Position numbers and translations under genes: made by a program. The notes beneath the pieces are model-generated. The model saw only the letters and a program-made list of their open reading frames with translations. It searched no databases and had not been told where the DNA came from. From contig OZ220089.1 in assembly GCA_964291625.2 (NCBI GenBank), positions 3,968,001 to 4,032,000 of the forward strand: a DNA stretch of 64,000 nucleotides, in the 5' to 3' direction. Positions 47,370 through 55,666 of this stretch are shown piece after piece; positions within the stretch are counted from its first letter, which is position 1; each line of letters opens with the position of its first letter. The stretch is from Candidatus Latescibacterota bacterium. Lineage in GTDB: Bacteria > Latescibacterota > UBA2968 > UBA8231.

Positions 47370-48335
47370 ATGCCGAATGATCGACTGCGCGTCGCCATCT
47401 GGCTCGACGAGCTGGACCTGTCCCTCGACGAGGGGCTGCAGGTGGCCGTGGACCTGGGCAGCGAGTACGTGTGGTTCTCGCGTCTCCCCGGGGAGACGCC
47501 GGTCCCGGAGATGACCGACGCCGAGGCGGACGACATGGCCCGGCGCGTCCACGCCCGGGGCCGAAAGCTGTTCACCCTCGGCGCCGGCCACGCCTTCCAC
47601 GACCTGCGAATGACGGACCTGTCCCCGGGTCGACTGCGGGAGCACGAGGTCTTCCGCCGCGACTTCGACGCCGTCGTGCGGACGATGGAGATCGCCGCCC
47701 GCTTCGGCGTCGGCGCCGTGACGACCCACGGCCTGCTGTGGCCCGGCGAGTGGACGGACTGGCCGGATACCTGGTCGCGCTCCCCCGGCTGGCCGATGCG
47801 CTGGGCCACCGGCGGCGGCATCGTCTCGGAGACCGAGCTCCGGGGCCTGGTCGAGATCTTCGGCGAGCTCCTCGATAGGGCCGAGAAGCACGGCGTCGAC
47901 CTGATGGTCAATCAGAGGCCGTTCCACTACACGAACACGACGGGACACTTCCAGCAGCTTGCCGAGCGGCTGGACTCCCCCCGTCTGAAGGCCTTCTGGG
48001 GCCCCGCCGACAACGTGCTGTCGGGCGAGCGCGAGGTGCCCACGAAGGGGTACGACCGCCTGCGGCCCCTGCTGGCGGCCCTGCACCTGAAGGACGTGCA
48101 GGTCCACGACGGAGCCGGCGGCGAGTTCGCCTGGCGGCCGATCGGTGAGGGCGAGGTGGGTTACTCGACGGTCTTCCGCCGCCTCGTCGAGGACGGCAGC
48201 GACGCCGTGCTGGCCGTGGCCACCCACTTCCTGCCGCCCGGCGCCGGCACCCGGACCGAGGCGATGGCCATCAACCACGCCCGGGTGACGGCCCTGCTCG
48301 AGCAGGTGCGGCGCGAGGTCGAGGCCGAGGGATGA
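47370..48335 (+). CDS. Sugar phosphate isomerase/epimerase (AP_endonuc_2 TIM barrel), copy 1
   Basis: WLDEL..SLDEGL, LHLKD, PIGEGEVGY; near-identical to 53017-53982. Confidence 0.82.
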   Translation: MPNDRLRVAIWLDELDLSLDEGLQVAVDLGSEYVWFSRLPGETPVPEMTDAEADDMARRVHARGRKLFTLGAGHAFHDLRMTDLSPGRLREHEVFRRDFDAVVRTMEIAARFGVGAVTTHGLLWPGEWTDWPDTWSRSPGWPMRWATGGGIVSETELRGLVEIFGELLDRAEKHGVDLMVNQRPFHYTNTTGHFQQLAERLDSPRLKAFWGPADNVLSGEREVPTKGYDRLRPLLAALHLKDVQVHDGAGGEFAWRPIGEGEVGYSTVFRRLVEDGSDAVLAVATHFLPPGAGTRTEAMAINHARVTALLEQVRREVEAEG

Positions 48336-48351
48336 TCGACCTGTCCGCAGT

Positions 48352-48437
48352 CTCGGTGGGACCTGTACCGCGCCCAGCGCGATGAAGAGGCCGACCTGGC
48401 GGGCATCCAGCCGATGGCCGCCGCCGGAAACGACTGA
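48352..48437 (+). repeat. Degenerate duplicate of the higA 3' end
   Basis: tgggacctgtaccgcgcccagcgc..gaagaggccg..ctggcgggcatccagccgatggcc..gactgac matches 46845-46926. Confidence 0.85.
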
Positions 48438-48469
48438 CATGACGCGCCGCGCCCGGGGCGCGGGGCCTC

Positions 48470-50206
48470 TCACCCCGGGATCACCGGCAGGATCAGCCGG
48501 GAGGGCCGGGCGGCGTCGTGGAAGATCCTCTGGCGCGCCGTCCGCAGTCTCGCCTCCCGGTAGTCGTCGCCCCCGGTGTTGTGGTTGCGGTCGAAGTTCG
48601 GGAAGTCGCTGCTGCTGATGTCCAGGCGGATGCGGTGTCCGGGGCGGAAGAGGTTGCTGGTGGGGTTCACCCGGATGCGAAGCTCGTACGGCCGCTCCGG
48701 CTCCAGGGGGGACGGCTCGTCGAAGGAGTCGCGGTAGCGGCAGCGGAGGATGCCGTGACAGAGCTCCTGGGCGAAGCCGTCGGGCCAGACGTCGATCAGC
48801 TTGGCCACGAAGTCGGTGTCCGGCGCCGAGGAGGCCGCCCACAGCACGACCTCCACCGGACCCGTGACCTCCACCCCCTGCTCGAGGGGCGGCGTCTGGT
48901 AGACCATCACGTCCGGCCGCCCGTCGAGGGCCCGCTGGTCGAGGGGGGCGTGCTGTCCCGCCGGCGTGTAGAGGGTCATCAGCGGGTCCCGCGGATCGTA
49001 CACGTACTCGTCGGCCGGCTCCTCGCGCGGGGCCTCGCGGGACAGGCGGCCGGCGCCGGCCCTCATGTCGGCGTGCCCGTCGCTGTGCAGGAAGTACTCG
49101 GTCGCCCGGGCCCGGGCCAATGGCCAGTCGTCCTCCGAGCGCCACCGGTTGGCGCCCATGACGAACAGCTCCACCGGCGGCCGCTCCGGCTCGCCCGGCG
49201 CGGCCCCCTTCAGCCAGTGGCCGAACCACTCGTCGGCGATGTCGAAGTAGCTGCGCTCGGCCTGCGGGCCGAAGTCGACGTCGCCCACTCGGCGGTCCAG
49301 GTCGACCAGGGTGTGGGTCCAGGGGCCGATGATCAGCCGCTGGCCGGCGCGGGCCCGCTCGGTGCGGCCGTTGGCCCTCATCCCCGTGAACTGCTGGATC
49401 GTGCCGATCTGCTGGTCGTACCAGCCGACCGTGCTCAGGACGGGGACATCCACCTCGGCGTGGCGCTCCTGGAAGCGGAAGTGGTCGGCCGTGTGGTCGT
49501 CGAGCCAGCGGCGCCAGTGGCCGCCCATGCCGGGCATGGCCGCCTCGGGGATGTCGTGGAGGGGCAGGTACCACAGCCACTTGCCGCGGTCGCGCTCGAC
49601 CCACAGCCGCGAGGCCTCGTCGGGGGTCGGCGCCTTCCAGCGGTACCCCAGGCGCCGGGCCGCGTCGACGGAGAGGTTGTTCACCGTCCAGTCGAGGACC
49701 CGGCCGAGGCGCAACACCCCGCCGAGCTCGCGGTCGAGCAGGTTGGCCGCGATCCCGCCGGCGAGCATGCAGACCAGGTGCGGGGGCCGGGTGGTGGCCA
49801 GCTCCCACTGCACCCAGCCGTCGTAGGAGGCGCCGAAGGTGCCGACCCGGCCGTCGGACCCGGGCAGGCCGGCGGCCCACTCGACCGTGTCGTAGCCGTC
49901 CTCGGCGTCGCGGTGGTCGGCGCTGTAGAACCCCGGAAGGAAGTCGCCGTCCGAGGCATGCCTTCCGCGCACGTCCTGGAGGACGACCACGTAGCCGCGC
50001 TCGGCCAGGCGCCGGCCGGTCTCGACCTGCCTCGGGTGGCTCTTGTCGTAGGGCGTGCGGCACAGCAGCACCGGGAAGGCGCCGGGCGCGTCGGGACGGT
50101 AGACGTCAGCGCGCAGGACGGTGCCGTCGCGCATCGCGGCGGCCAGGTTGGTCTCGGCGAGGGCTGGGTGCGTCACGGCGGCGGTATCGGCGAAGGACGA
50201 CCTCAC
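48470..50206 (-). CDS. CocE/NonD family serine hydrolase
   Basis: MRDGTVLRADVYRP, RTPYDK, QDVRGRHASDG, GASYDG, GWYD, GPWTH, SSSDFPNFDRN. Confidence 0.93.
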   Translation of the reverse strand: MRSSFADTAAVTHPALAETNLAAAMRDGTVLRADVYRPDAPGAFPVLLCRTPYDKSHPRQVETGRRLAERGYVVVLQDVRGRHASDGDFLPGFYSADHRDAEDGYDTVEWAAGLPGSDGRVGTFGASYDGWVQWELATTRPPHLVCMLAGGIAANLLDRELGGVLRLGRVLDWTVNNLSVDAARRLGYRWKAPTPDEASRLWVERDRGKWLWYLPLHDIPEAAMPGMGGHWRRWLDDHTADHFRFQERHAEVDVPVLSTVGWYDQQIGTIQQFTGMRANGRTERARAGQRLIIGPWTHTLVDLDRRVGDVDFGPQAERSYFDIADEWFGHWLKGAAPGEPERPPVELFVMGANRWRSEDDWPLARARATEYFLHSDGHADMRAGAGRLSREAPREEPADEYVYDPRDPLMTLYTPAGQHAPLDQRALDGRPDVMVYQTPPLEQGVEVTGPVEVVLWAASSAPDTDFVAKLIDVWPDGFAQELCHGILRCRYRDSFDEPSPLEPERPYELRIRVNPTSNLFRPGHRIRLDISSSDFPNFDRNHNTGGDDYREARLRTARQRIFHDAARPSRLILPVIPG

Positions 50207-50433
50207 CGGCCTCGATCGTCACATGTCTCGCTGCGCGACCAGGTGTGGGAGCGTCGCCCGGTCTCCACGGTATGCCAGCTCAGGTCGGGTTGCTCCTCGG
50301 GAGGGGCCGTACGCGCTGCGCTCTCGAGGATGGCGCGGAGCTCCTCTTGAAGGGACCGCCGATGGTACCTTGCCAGGCGCTCTATGGCCGCCAAGGTGGC
50401 TTCCTCGATGTCTCGAATGTGTACCGACCTCAT
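50203..50433 (-). CDS. FitA-like ribbon-helix-helix antitoxin, orphan
   Basis: MRSVHIRDIEEATLAAIERLARYHRRSLQEELRAILE; TTGACA upstream at 50465-50470. Confidence 0.8.
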   Translation of the reverse strand: MRSVHIRDIEEATLAAIERLARYHRRSLQEELRAILESAARTAPPEEQPDLSWHTVETGRRSHTWSRSETCDDRGR

Positions 50434-50632
50434 ACTGGTATCAGAAATGAGACCACCATGGCTCTGTCAAGCTGGAACAGCCGCTGAGCCTCCGATGCGG
50501 CCCGTCACCCCCAGGGCCCCGTCCCGTCGCCGGATCACCAAGCCAACGACTCGTGCTTCCGTGTCTACATCGTAGATTGGATATGGGGACTCCGTCCGTT
50601 CACGGAAGACACTCTGCTTGGAAAGGGGCAGC

Positions 50633-51604
50633 ATGGACAGCACTTGTGGAGGGATTCGCGGGCGCCGGTTGCTGACGCCCGTATTCCTTCTGTTGTCCGC
50701 GGCCTCTACCGTCGAGGCGGAGGGACCCGTGCCGGTGCACGAGGTCGAGGCCGGGGAGCTGTCGATTGACGGCTCTCTCGATGACTGGCGCCGGCTGTCC
50801 ATCCCCCCTTCGGTGACGCAGCAAGATCTGATCTTCTGGCCTCAGCCTCCGGGACGGAAGTCTGACTGGCTTCCGAAGCCCCCGCCGGGAGTCCCGATGG
50901 CCTTCGAGGTGCGCCTGGCGTGGTCCGCAGCACCAGGCCGGATCTTCGCCGCCTTCGATATCGTGGACGACGATTTCCTCGAAGGATCCTCTTCGACTTC
51001 CAGCGATCTGGTAGGCATTGGAGTGGACGGTGACAACCGCGACGGCCAGTTCACCCACCACTACACCTGGGGTTGGGGTGGTGGATGCGATGACCTGGAC
51101 TCCGTCATCGAGAGGCAGGCGTGGAAACAGTGCCCGGAGCTGTACAATCAGCGCATTGCCCAGTACTACGAGGTGTTTCCGGACGTCGACGGTTCCGCCC
51201 TCCTCCGGAACTGGGATGTCAGCAACCAGTGGGAGAGGTGGGACTTCGACCCCTGGATCCTGGAAGGTTCGTTCACCGCCGCCGTGGGACGGGTAGAGAC
51301 CGGAGCTACTGCCCGATGGACAGTAGAGGTGATGGTTACCCCATTCGATGATCTGGACTTCCGAGGTCGGGAGCACAGTACGCCGTCCCGGCTGACGGCG
51401 GGACAGACGATCGGCTTGGAGATTCTCGTCGTAGATGCTCATGCTGATGGACTGAGACACCTCTACCTGCTGGGCAACCCCGACTATCCCTACAACTACA
51501 CGGAGAGGTTCGCGGAGGTCCTGCTGGTGCCCGCGGATCGACGGACCTCGGTCGAGACGAGAACGTGGGGTCGGTTGAAGAGGGAGACCGCGGCGGAGGA
51601 CTGA
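50633..51604 (+). CDS. Secreted CBM9/DOMON-like protein with WG-K tail (paralog A)
   Basis: Signal peptide; IDGSLDDW, VRLAWS, FAAFDIVDDD, VDGDN; ends RTSVETRTWGRLKRETAAED. Confidence 0.75.
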   Translation: MDSTCGGIRGRRLLTPVFLLLSAASTVEAEGPVPVHEVEAGELSIDGSLDDWRRLSIPPSVTQQDLIFWPQPPGRKSDWLPKPPPGVPMAFEVRLAWSAAPGRIFAAFDIVDDDFLEGSSSTSSDLVGIGVDGDNRDGQFTHHYTWGWGGGCDDLDSVIERQAWKQCPELYNQRIAQYYEVFPDVDGSALLRNWDVSNQWERWDFDPWILEGSFTAAVGRVETGATARWTVEVMVTPFDDLDFRGREHSTPSRLTAGQTIGLEILVVDAHADGLRHLYLLGNPDYPYNYTERFAEVLLVPADRRTSVETRTWGRLKRETAAED

Positions 51605-51731
51605 TGCCGGCGGGGGGACGCCGCAGGGATAGCGTGCCATCGCTGTGGAGCAACGAAGCGGGGCCGGAGACTCATGCTTCCGGGGTCTACATCGTTCCAG
51701 GAAGGTCACCCTGATCAGGTAGGAGGACAGC

Positions 51732-52727
51732 ATGGAGAGCACCAGTTTCCGGGCTCGTGGGCGCCGCTTGCCGACGCTTGTCTTCCTTCTGTTGTCCGCG
51801 GCCTCGGCCGTCGAGGCGGAGGGGCCCGTGCCGGTGCCGGTGTACGAGGTCGAGGCCGGGGAGCTGTCGATTGACGGCTCTCTTGAGGACTGGGAGCGGC
51901 TGTCCATCCCCCCTTCGGTGACGGAGCAGGACCTTGCGCTCCTCCCCCATCCACAGCCCGCCCGAGAGGTTCTTGTGATACCTGCTCCGGGAGCTCCGGA
52001 ACTGACCTTTGAGGTGCGCCTGGCGTGGTCCGCTGAACCGAGCCGGATCTTCGCCGCCTACGATAACGTGGACGACGATCCGCACATCGTCATCCCGGGA
52101 GACACTTGGCCTGTGAGATTCACGGACTACGTGGGACTTGCAGTGGATGGCGACAACGGCGATGGGCACTTTACCATGTTTGAGGCATATGACTACGACT
52201 GTTACTACACAGTCGAGCTCGCTATGGAAACGGAAAAGTGGGACTGTATCCCAGGCTTGTACTACAATCAGCGCATTGCCCAGTACTACGAGGTGTTTCC
52301 GGTTCCGAACGGTTTCGTCCCCTGGGTTCATGACATCTCCAGGAGCTGGACGAGAAGGGGTTTCGACCCCTGGGTGCTCGAGGATGGTACCAACACGGCC
52401 GTCGCCGGACGGGTGGAGTCCGGAGTCCCTGCTCGAACGATCATAGAGGTGATGGTCACCCCTTTCGATGATCTGGATTTCAGAGGTCCCGGGTACAGCA
52501 GGCCATCCCGGCTGACGGCAGGAGAGACGATCGGCTTGGAGGTCATCGTGGTAGATGCCGAGCCGGGGCAAGGGCAGAAACACTTCTACCGGCTGGGCGA
52601 CAACAGCTATCCTGGGACCTACGCGGAGAGCTTCGCGGACGCCCTGCTGGTGCCCGCGGATCGACGGACCTCGGTGGAGATGACTACGTGGGGCCGGCTG
52701 AAGAGGGAAACCGCGGCGGAGGACTGA
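51732..52727 (+). CDS. Secreted CBM9/DOMON-like protein with WG-K tail (paralog B)
   Basis: Tandem paralog, AGGAGG RBS; ends RTSVEMTTWGRLKRETAAED. Confidence 0.78.
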   Translation: MESTSFRARGRRLPTLVFLLLSAASAVEAEGPVPVPVYEVEAGELSIDGSLEDWERLSIPPSVTEQDLALLPHPQPAREVLVIPAPGAPELTFEVRLAWSAEPSRIFAAYDNVDDDPHIVIPGDTWPVRFTDYVGLAVDGDNGDGHFTMFEAYDYDCYYTVELAMETEKWDCIPGLYYNQRIAQYYEVFPVPNGFVPWVHDISRSWTRRGFDPWVLEDGTNTAVAGRVESGVPARTIIEVMVTPFDDLDFRGPGYSRPSRLTAGETIGLEVIVVDAEPGQGQKHFYRLGDNSYPGTYAESFADALLVPADRRTSVEMTTWGRLKRETAAED

Positions 52728-52743
52728 TGCCCGCGGGCGGCCA

Positions 52744-52945
52744 TCACCCCCCGGCCTGCGCTCCCAACCGCCCCCGCGCCGCCCCCCGGCGCTGGATCAG
52801 CAGACCCGCGACAATGACGGCGAGACCGGCGAGGGTGGCCGGCTCGATCCGCTCCCCCACGAGGTGGTGCAGGAAGGCGAGGGAGAGGAAGGGCGAGAGG
52901 AAGATCAGGTTGGCCACGCGGGAGGCGTTGCCGGCGCGGCGCAGG
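52744..52945 (-). pseudogene. Duplicate 3' fragment of the DMT transporter
   Basis: [55 protein letters not shown] nearly identical to about 54211-54372. Confidence 0.88.
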
Positions 52946-53016
52946 GCCGGCAGCCCGACGGCAGCATGATTTACAGCCGGACCCTGGACGAGATCCCGGC
53001 GTAAGGAGGAAACGAC

Positions 53017-53982
53017 ATGCCGAGTGATCGACTGCGCGTCGCCATCTGGCTCGACGAGCTGGACCTGTCCCTCGACGAGGGGCTGCAGGTGGCCGTGGAC
53101 CTGGGCAGCGAGTACGTGTGGTTCTCGCGTCTCCCGGGGGAGACGCCGGTCCCGGAGATGACCGACGCCGAGGCGGACGACATGGCCCGGCGCGTCCACG
53201 CCCGGGGCCGAAAGCTGTTCACCCTCGGCGCCGGCCACGCCTTCCACGACCTGCGAATGACGGACCTGTCCCCGGGTCGACTGCGGGAGCACGAGGTCTT
53301 CCGCCGCGACTTCGACGCCGTCGTGCGGACGATGGAGATCGCCGCCCGCTTCGGCGTCGGCGCCGTGACGACCCACGGCCTGCTGTGGCCCGGCGAGTGG
53401 ACGGACTGGCCGGATACCTGGTCGCGCTCCCCCGGCTGGCCGATGCGCTGGGCCACCGGCGGCGGCATCGTCTCGGAGGCCGAGCTCCGGGGCCTGGTCG
53501 AGATCTTCGGCGAGCTCCTAGAGGGGGCCGAGAAGCACGGCGTCGACCTGATGGTCAACCAGCGGCCGTTCCACTACACGAACACGACGGGACACTTCCA
53601 GCAGCTTGCCGAGCGGCTGGACTCCCCCCGTCTGAAGGCCTTCTGGGGCCCCGCCGACAACGTGCTGTCGGGCGAGCGCGAGGTGCCCACGAAGGGGTAC
53701 GACCGCCTGCGGCCCCTGCTGGCGGCCCTGCACCTGAAGGACGTGCAGGTCCACGACGGAGCCGGCGGCGAGTTCGCCTGGCGGCCGATCGGTGAGGGCG
53801 AGGTGGGTTACTCGACGGTCTTCCGCCGCCTCGTCGAGGACGGCAGCGACGCCGTGCTGGCCGTGGCCACCCACTTCCTGCCGCCCGGCGGCGGCACCCG
53901 GACCGAGGCGATGGCCATCAACCACGCCCGGGTGACGGCCCTGCTCGAGCAGGTGCGGCGCGAGGTCGAGGCCGAGGGATGA
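53017..53982 (+). CDS. Sugar phosphate isomerase/epimerase, copy 2
   Basis: Same length (966 bp) as copy 1; about 8 substitutions counted by eye. Confidence 0.82.
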   Translation: MPSDRLRVAIWLDELDLSLDEGLQVAVDLGSEYVWFSRLPGETPVPEMTDAEADDMARRVHARGRKLFTLGAGHAFHDLRMTDLSPGRLREHEVFRRDFDAVVRTMEIAARFGVGAVTTHGLLWPGEWTDWPDTWSRSPGWPMRWATGGGIVSEAELRGLVEIFGELLEGAEKHGVDLMVNQRPFHYTNTTGHFQQLAERLDSPRLKAFWGPADNVLSGEREVPTKGYDRLRPLLAALHLKDVQVHDGAGGEFAWRPIGEGEVGYSTVFRRLVEDGSDAVLAVATHFLPPGGGTRTEAMAINHARVTALLEQVRREVEAEG

Positions 53983-54103
53983 TCGACCTGTCCCGGCGCG
54001 GGTGTTCTCCATCGCCTTGCCGGTGAAGATGCGGCGCGTGACGGCCACCTGGACCCGGCGATCGCCTTGGAGGAGAAGGACGGAGTCTGAGGGCGGGCGG
54101 CCG

Positions 54104-55078
54104 TCAGCACGGCGGGTCGTCCGGTGGCGCGGGACGAATCCGATGCCAACACCCTGGCCGCCTACCACCACTTCTTCGTGCGCGAGGTGGAGGAGGCGGA
54201 GAGGCCGCCCCCCGCCGCTGGATCAGCAGACCCGCGACGATGACGGCGAGACCGGCGAGGGTGGCCGGCTCGATCCTCTCCCCCACGAGGTGGTGGAGGA
54301 AGACGAGGGAGAGGAAGGGGGAGAGGAAGATCAGGTTGGCCACGCGGGAGGCGTTGCCGGCGCGGCGCAGGGCGGCGAGCCAGAGCAGGAAGGTGAGGCC
54401 CATCTCGAAGAGGCCCACGTACGCGGCGCCGGCCCACCCCCTCCACCCGAAGTCGAAGTCCGCCCACAGGGCGCAGATCAGGACGGCCCAGGGCAGTCCC
54501 AGGAGAAAGTTCAGGAAGAGCCGCACCGCCGCGTCGAGGGAGTCGCGGGTGACGCCGACCCAGTAGAGGCCCCAGATCAGGGTGCTGCCCAGGGCCAGGG
54601 CGACGCCGAGGCCGTCGTCGAAGCGCAGCTCCAGCAGATGGCCGCGGGTGGCGACGACGAGGGCGCCGCCGTAGCAGATGAAGCCGGCGAGCACGTCGGT
54701 GCGCAGCAGGCGCTGGCGCAGCAGCAGGGCCGACAGGTAGGCCAGCACCAGGGCCCAGGTGTAGTTGAGGGCCTGGGCCTGCTGCGCCGGCAGCCGGTCG
54801 TAGGCCTCCAGCAGGACGAGGTAGTAGAGGCAGGGATTGAGCAGCCCGAGGCCGGCCGAGCGCAGCCACTCGCGCCGGGAGAGGGTGAGCAGTTCCGGCA
54901 GCCGGCCCCTCAGGGCCAGGACGATCCCGAGGAAGACCGCCGACACCAGGCTGCTGGCGAAGACCAGCTGCGGCGGCGACAGCTCGCGCAGGGAGAGCTT
55001 GAAGGCGGAGGCTACCGTCGACCACAGGAGCACCGCCGCCAGGGCGTGCAGGACGCCTCCGGCCGCCAGGCCGCTCAC
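54104..55078 (-). CDS. DMT/EamA family transporter
   Basis: [49 protein letters not shown]. Confidence 0.9.
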   Translation of the reverse strand: MSGLAAGGVLHALAAVLLWSTVASAFKLSLRELSPPQLVFASSLVSAVFLGIVLALRGRLPELLTLSRREWLRSAGLGLLNPCLYYLVLLEAYDRLPAQQAQALNYTWALVLAYLSALLLRQRLLRTDVLAGFICYGGALVVATRGHLLELRFDDGLGVALALGSTLIWGLYWVGVTRDSLDAAVRLFLNFLLGLPWAVLICALWADFDFGWRGWAGAAYVGLFEMGLTFLLWLAALRRAGNASRVANLIFLSPFLSLVFLHHLVGERIEPATLAGLAVIVAGLLIQRRGAASPPPPPRARRSGGRRPGCWHRIRPAPPDDPPC

Positions 55079-55170
55079 GGTTCCCGGCCGCCGGCGATAT
55101 AGCGGGATTCCGGGGCTCCGCGTATCTTCTGTCGGCTCAGGACAGCAACCCTCCCACAGGAAGCAATGCC

Positions 55171-55332
55171 ATGGCCAAGAGCGGCCCCCGCAACCAGATC
55201 GCGTTGAAGAGCACCGAGAGCGACCACCGCTACTACACCTCCAAGAACCGCCGCAACCAGCAGGGCCGCCTGGAGATCAAGAAGTACGATCCCACCGTGC
55301 GCAAGCACGTCGTCTACCGCGAGGAGCGGTAG
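55171..55332 (+). CDS. rpmG: 50S ribosomal protein L33 (Cys-less form)
   Basis: [53 protein letters not shown], 53 aa, too short for the ORF track. Confidence 0.95.
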   Translation: MAKSGPRNQIALKSTESDHRYYTSKNRRNQQGRLEIKKYDPTVRKHVVYREER

Positions 55333-55666
55333 GGCCGTCCGGCCCGCCGGCGCCCGCCCGGGCTCCGGTCCTTCGCTCGACGCCACGGCGGTTGACTCAC
55401 CGCTTTGGCCAGCGCAGTTCCCTCGTCGCGCCTCCCAGGATCAGCCCATACGGTACCCTGCCCCAGTCCCGGGAGCGGCGCGACCATCTGCGGAAGTTGG
55501 CGTTCCCGGTATCCCCGCATCAGAAAACGCGGTACCTGCCCTGGTCGCATGGCCCCTTGCCGCGGATCTCGCCACGGTCCCCCATCGGCCCATCGTCATC
55601 CGCCCCTCCCGGGGTCGGCACGGCCCCTTGCGAACCTCGCCACGGTCCACTTGCCCGGAGACTCCC

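Noticed and set aside
47370-53982. Diversity-generating retroelement (TR/VR pairs among the duplicated segments)
   Set aside because: No reverse transcriptase in the window, and mismatches between copies are not restricted to adenines.
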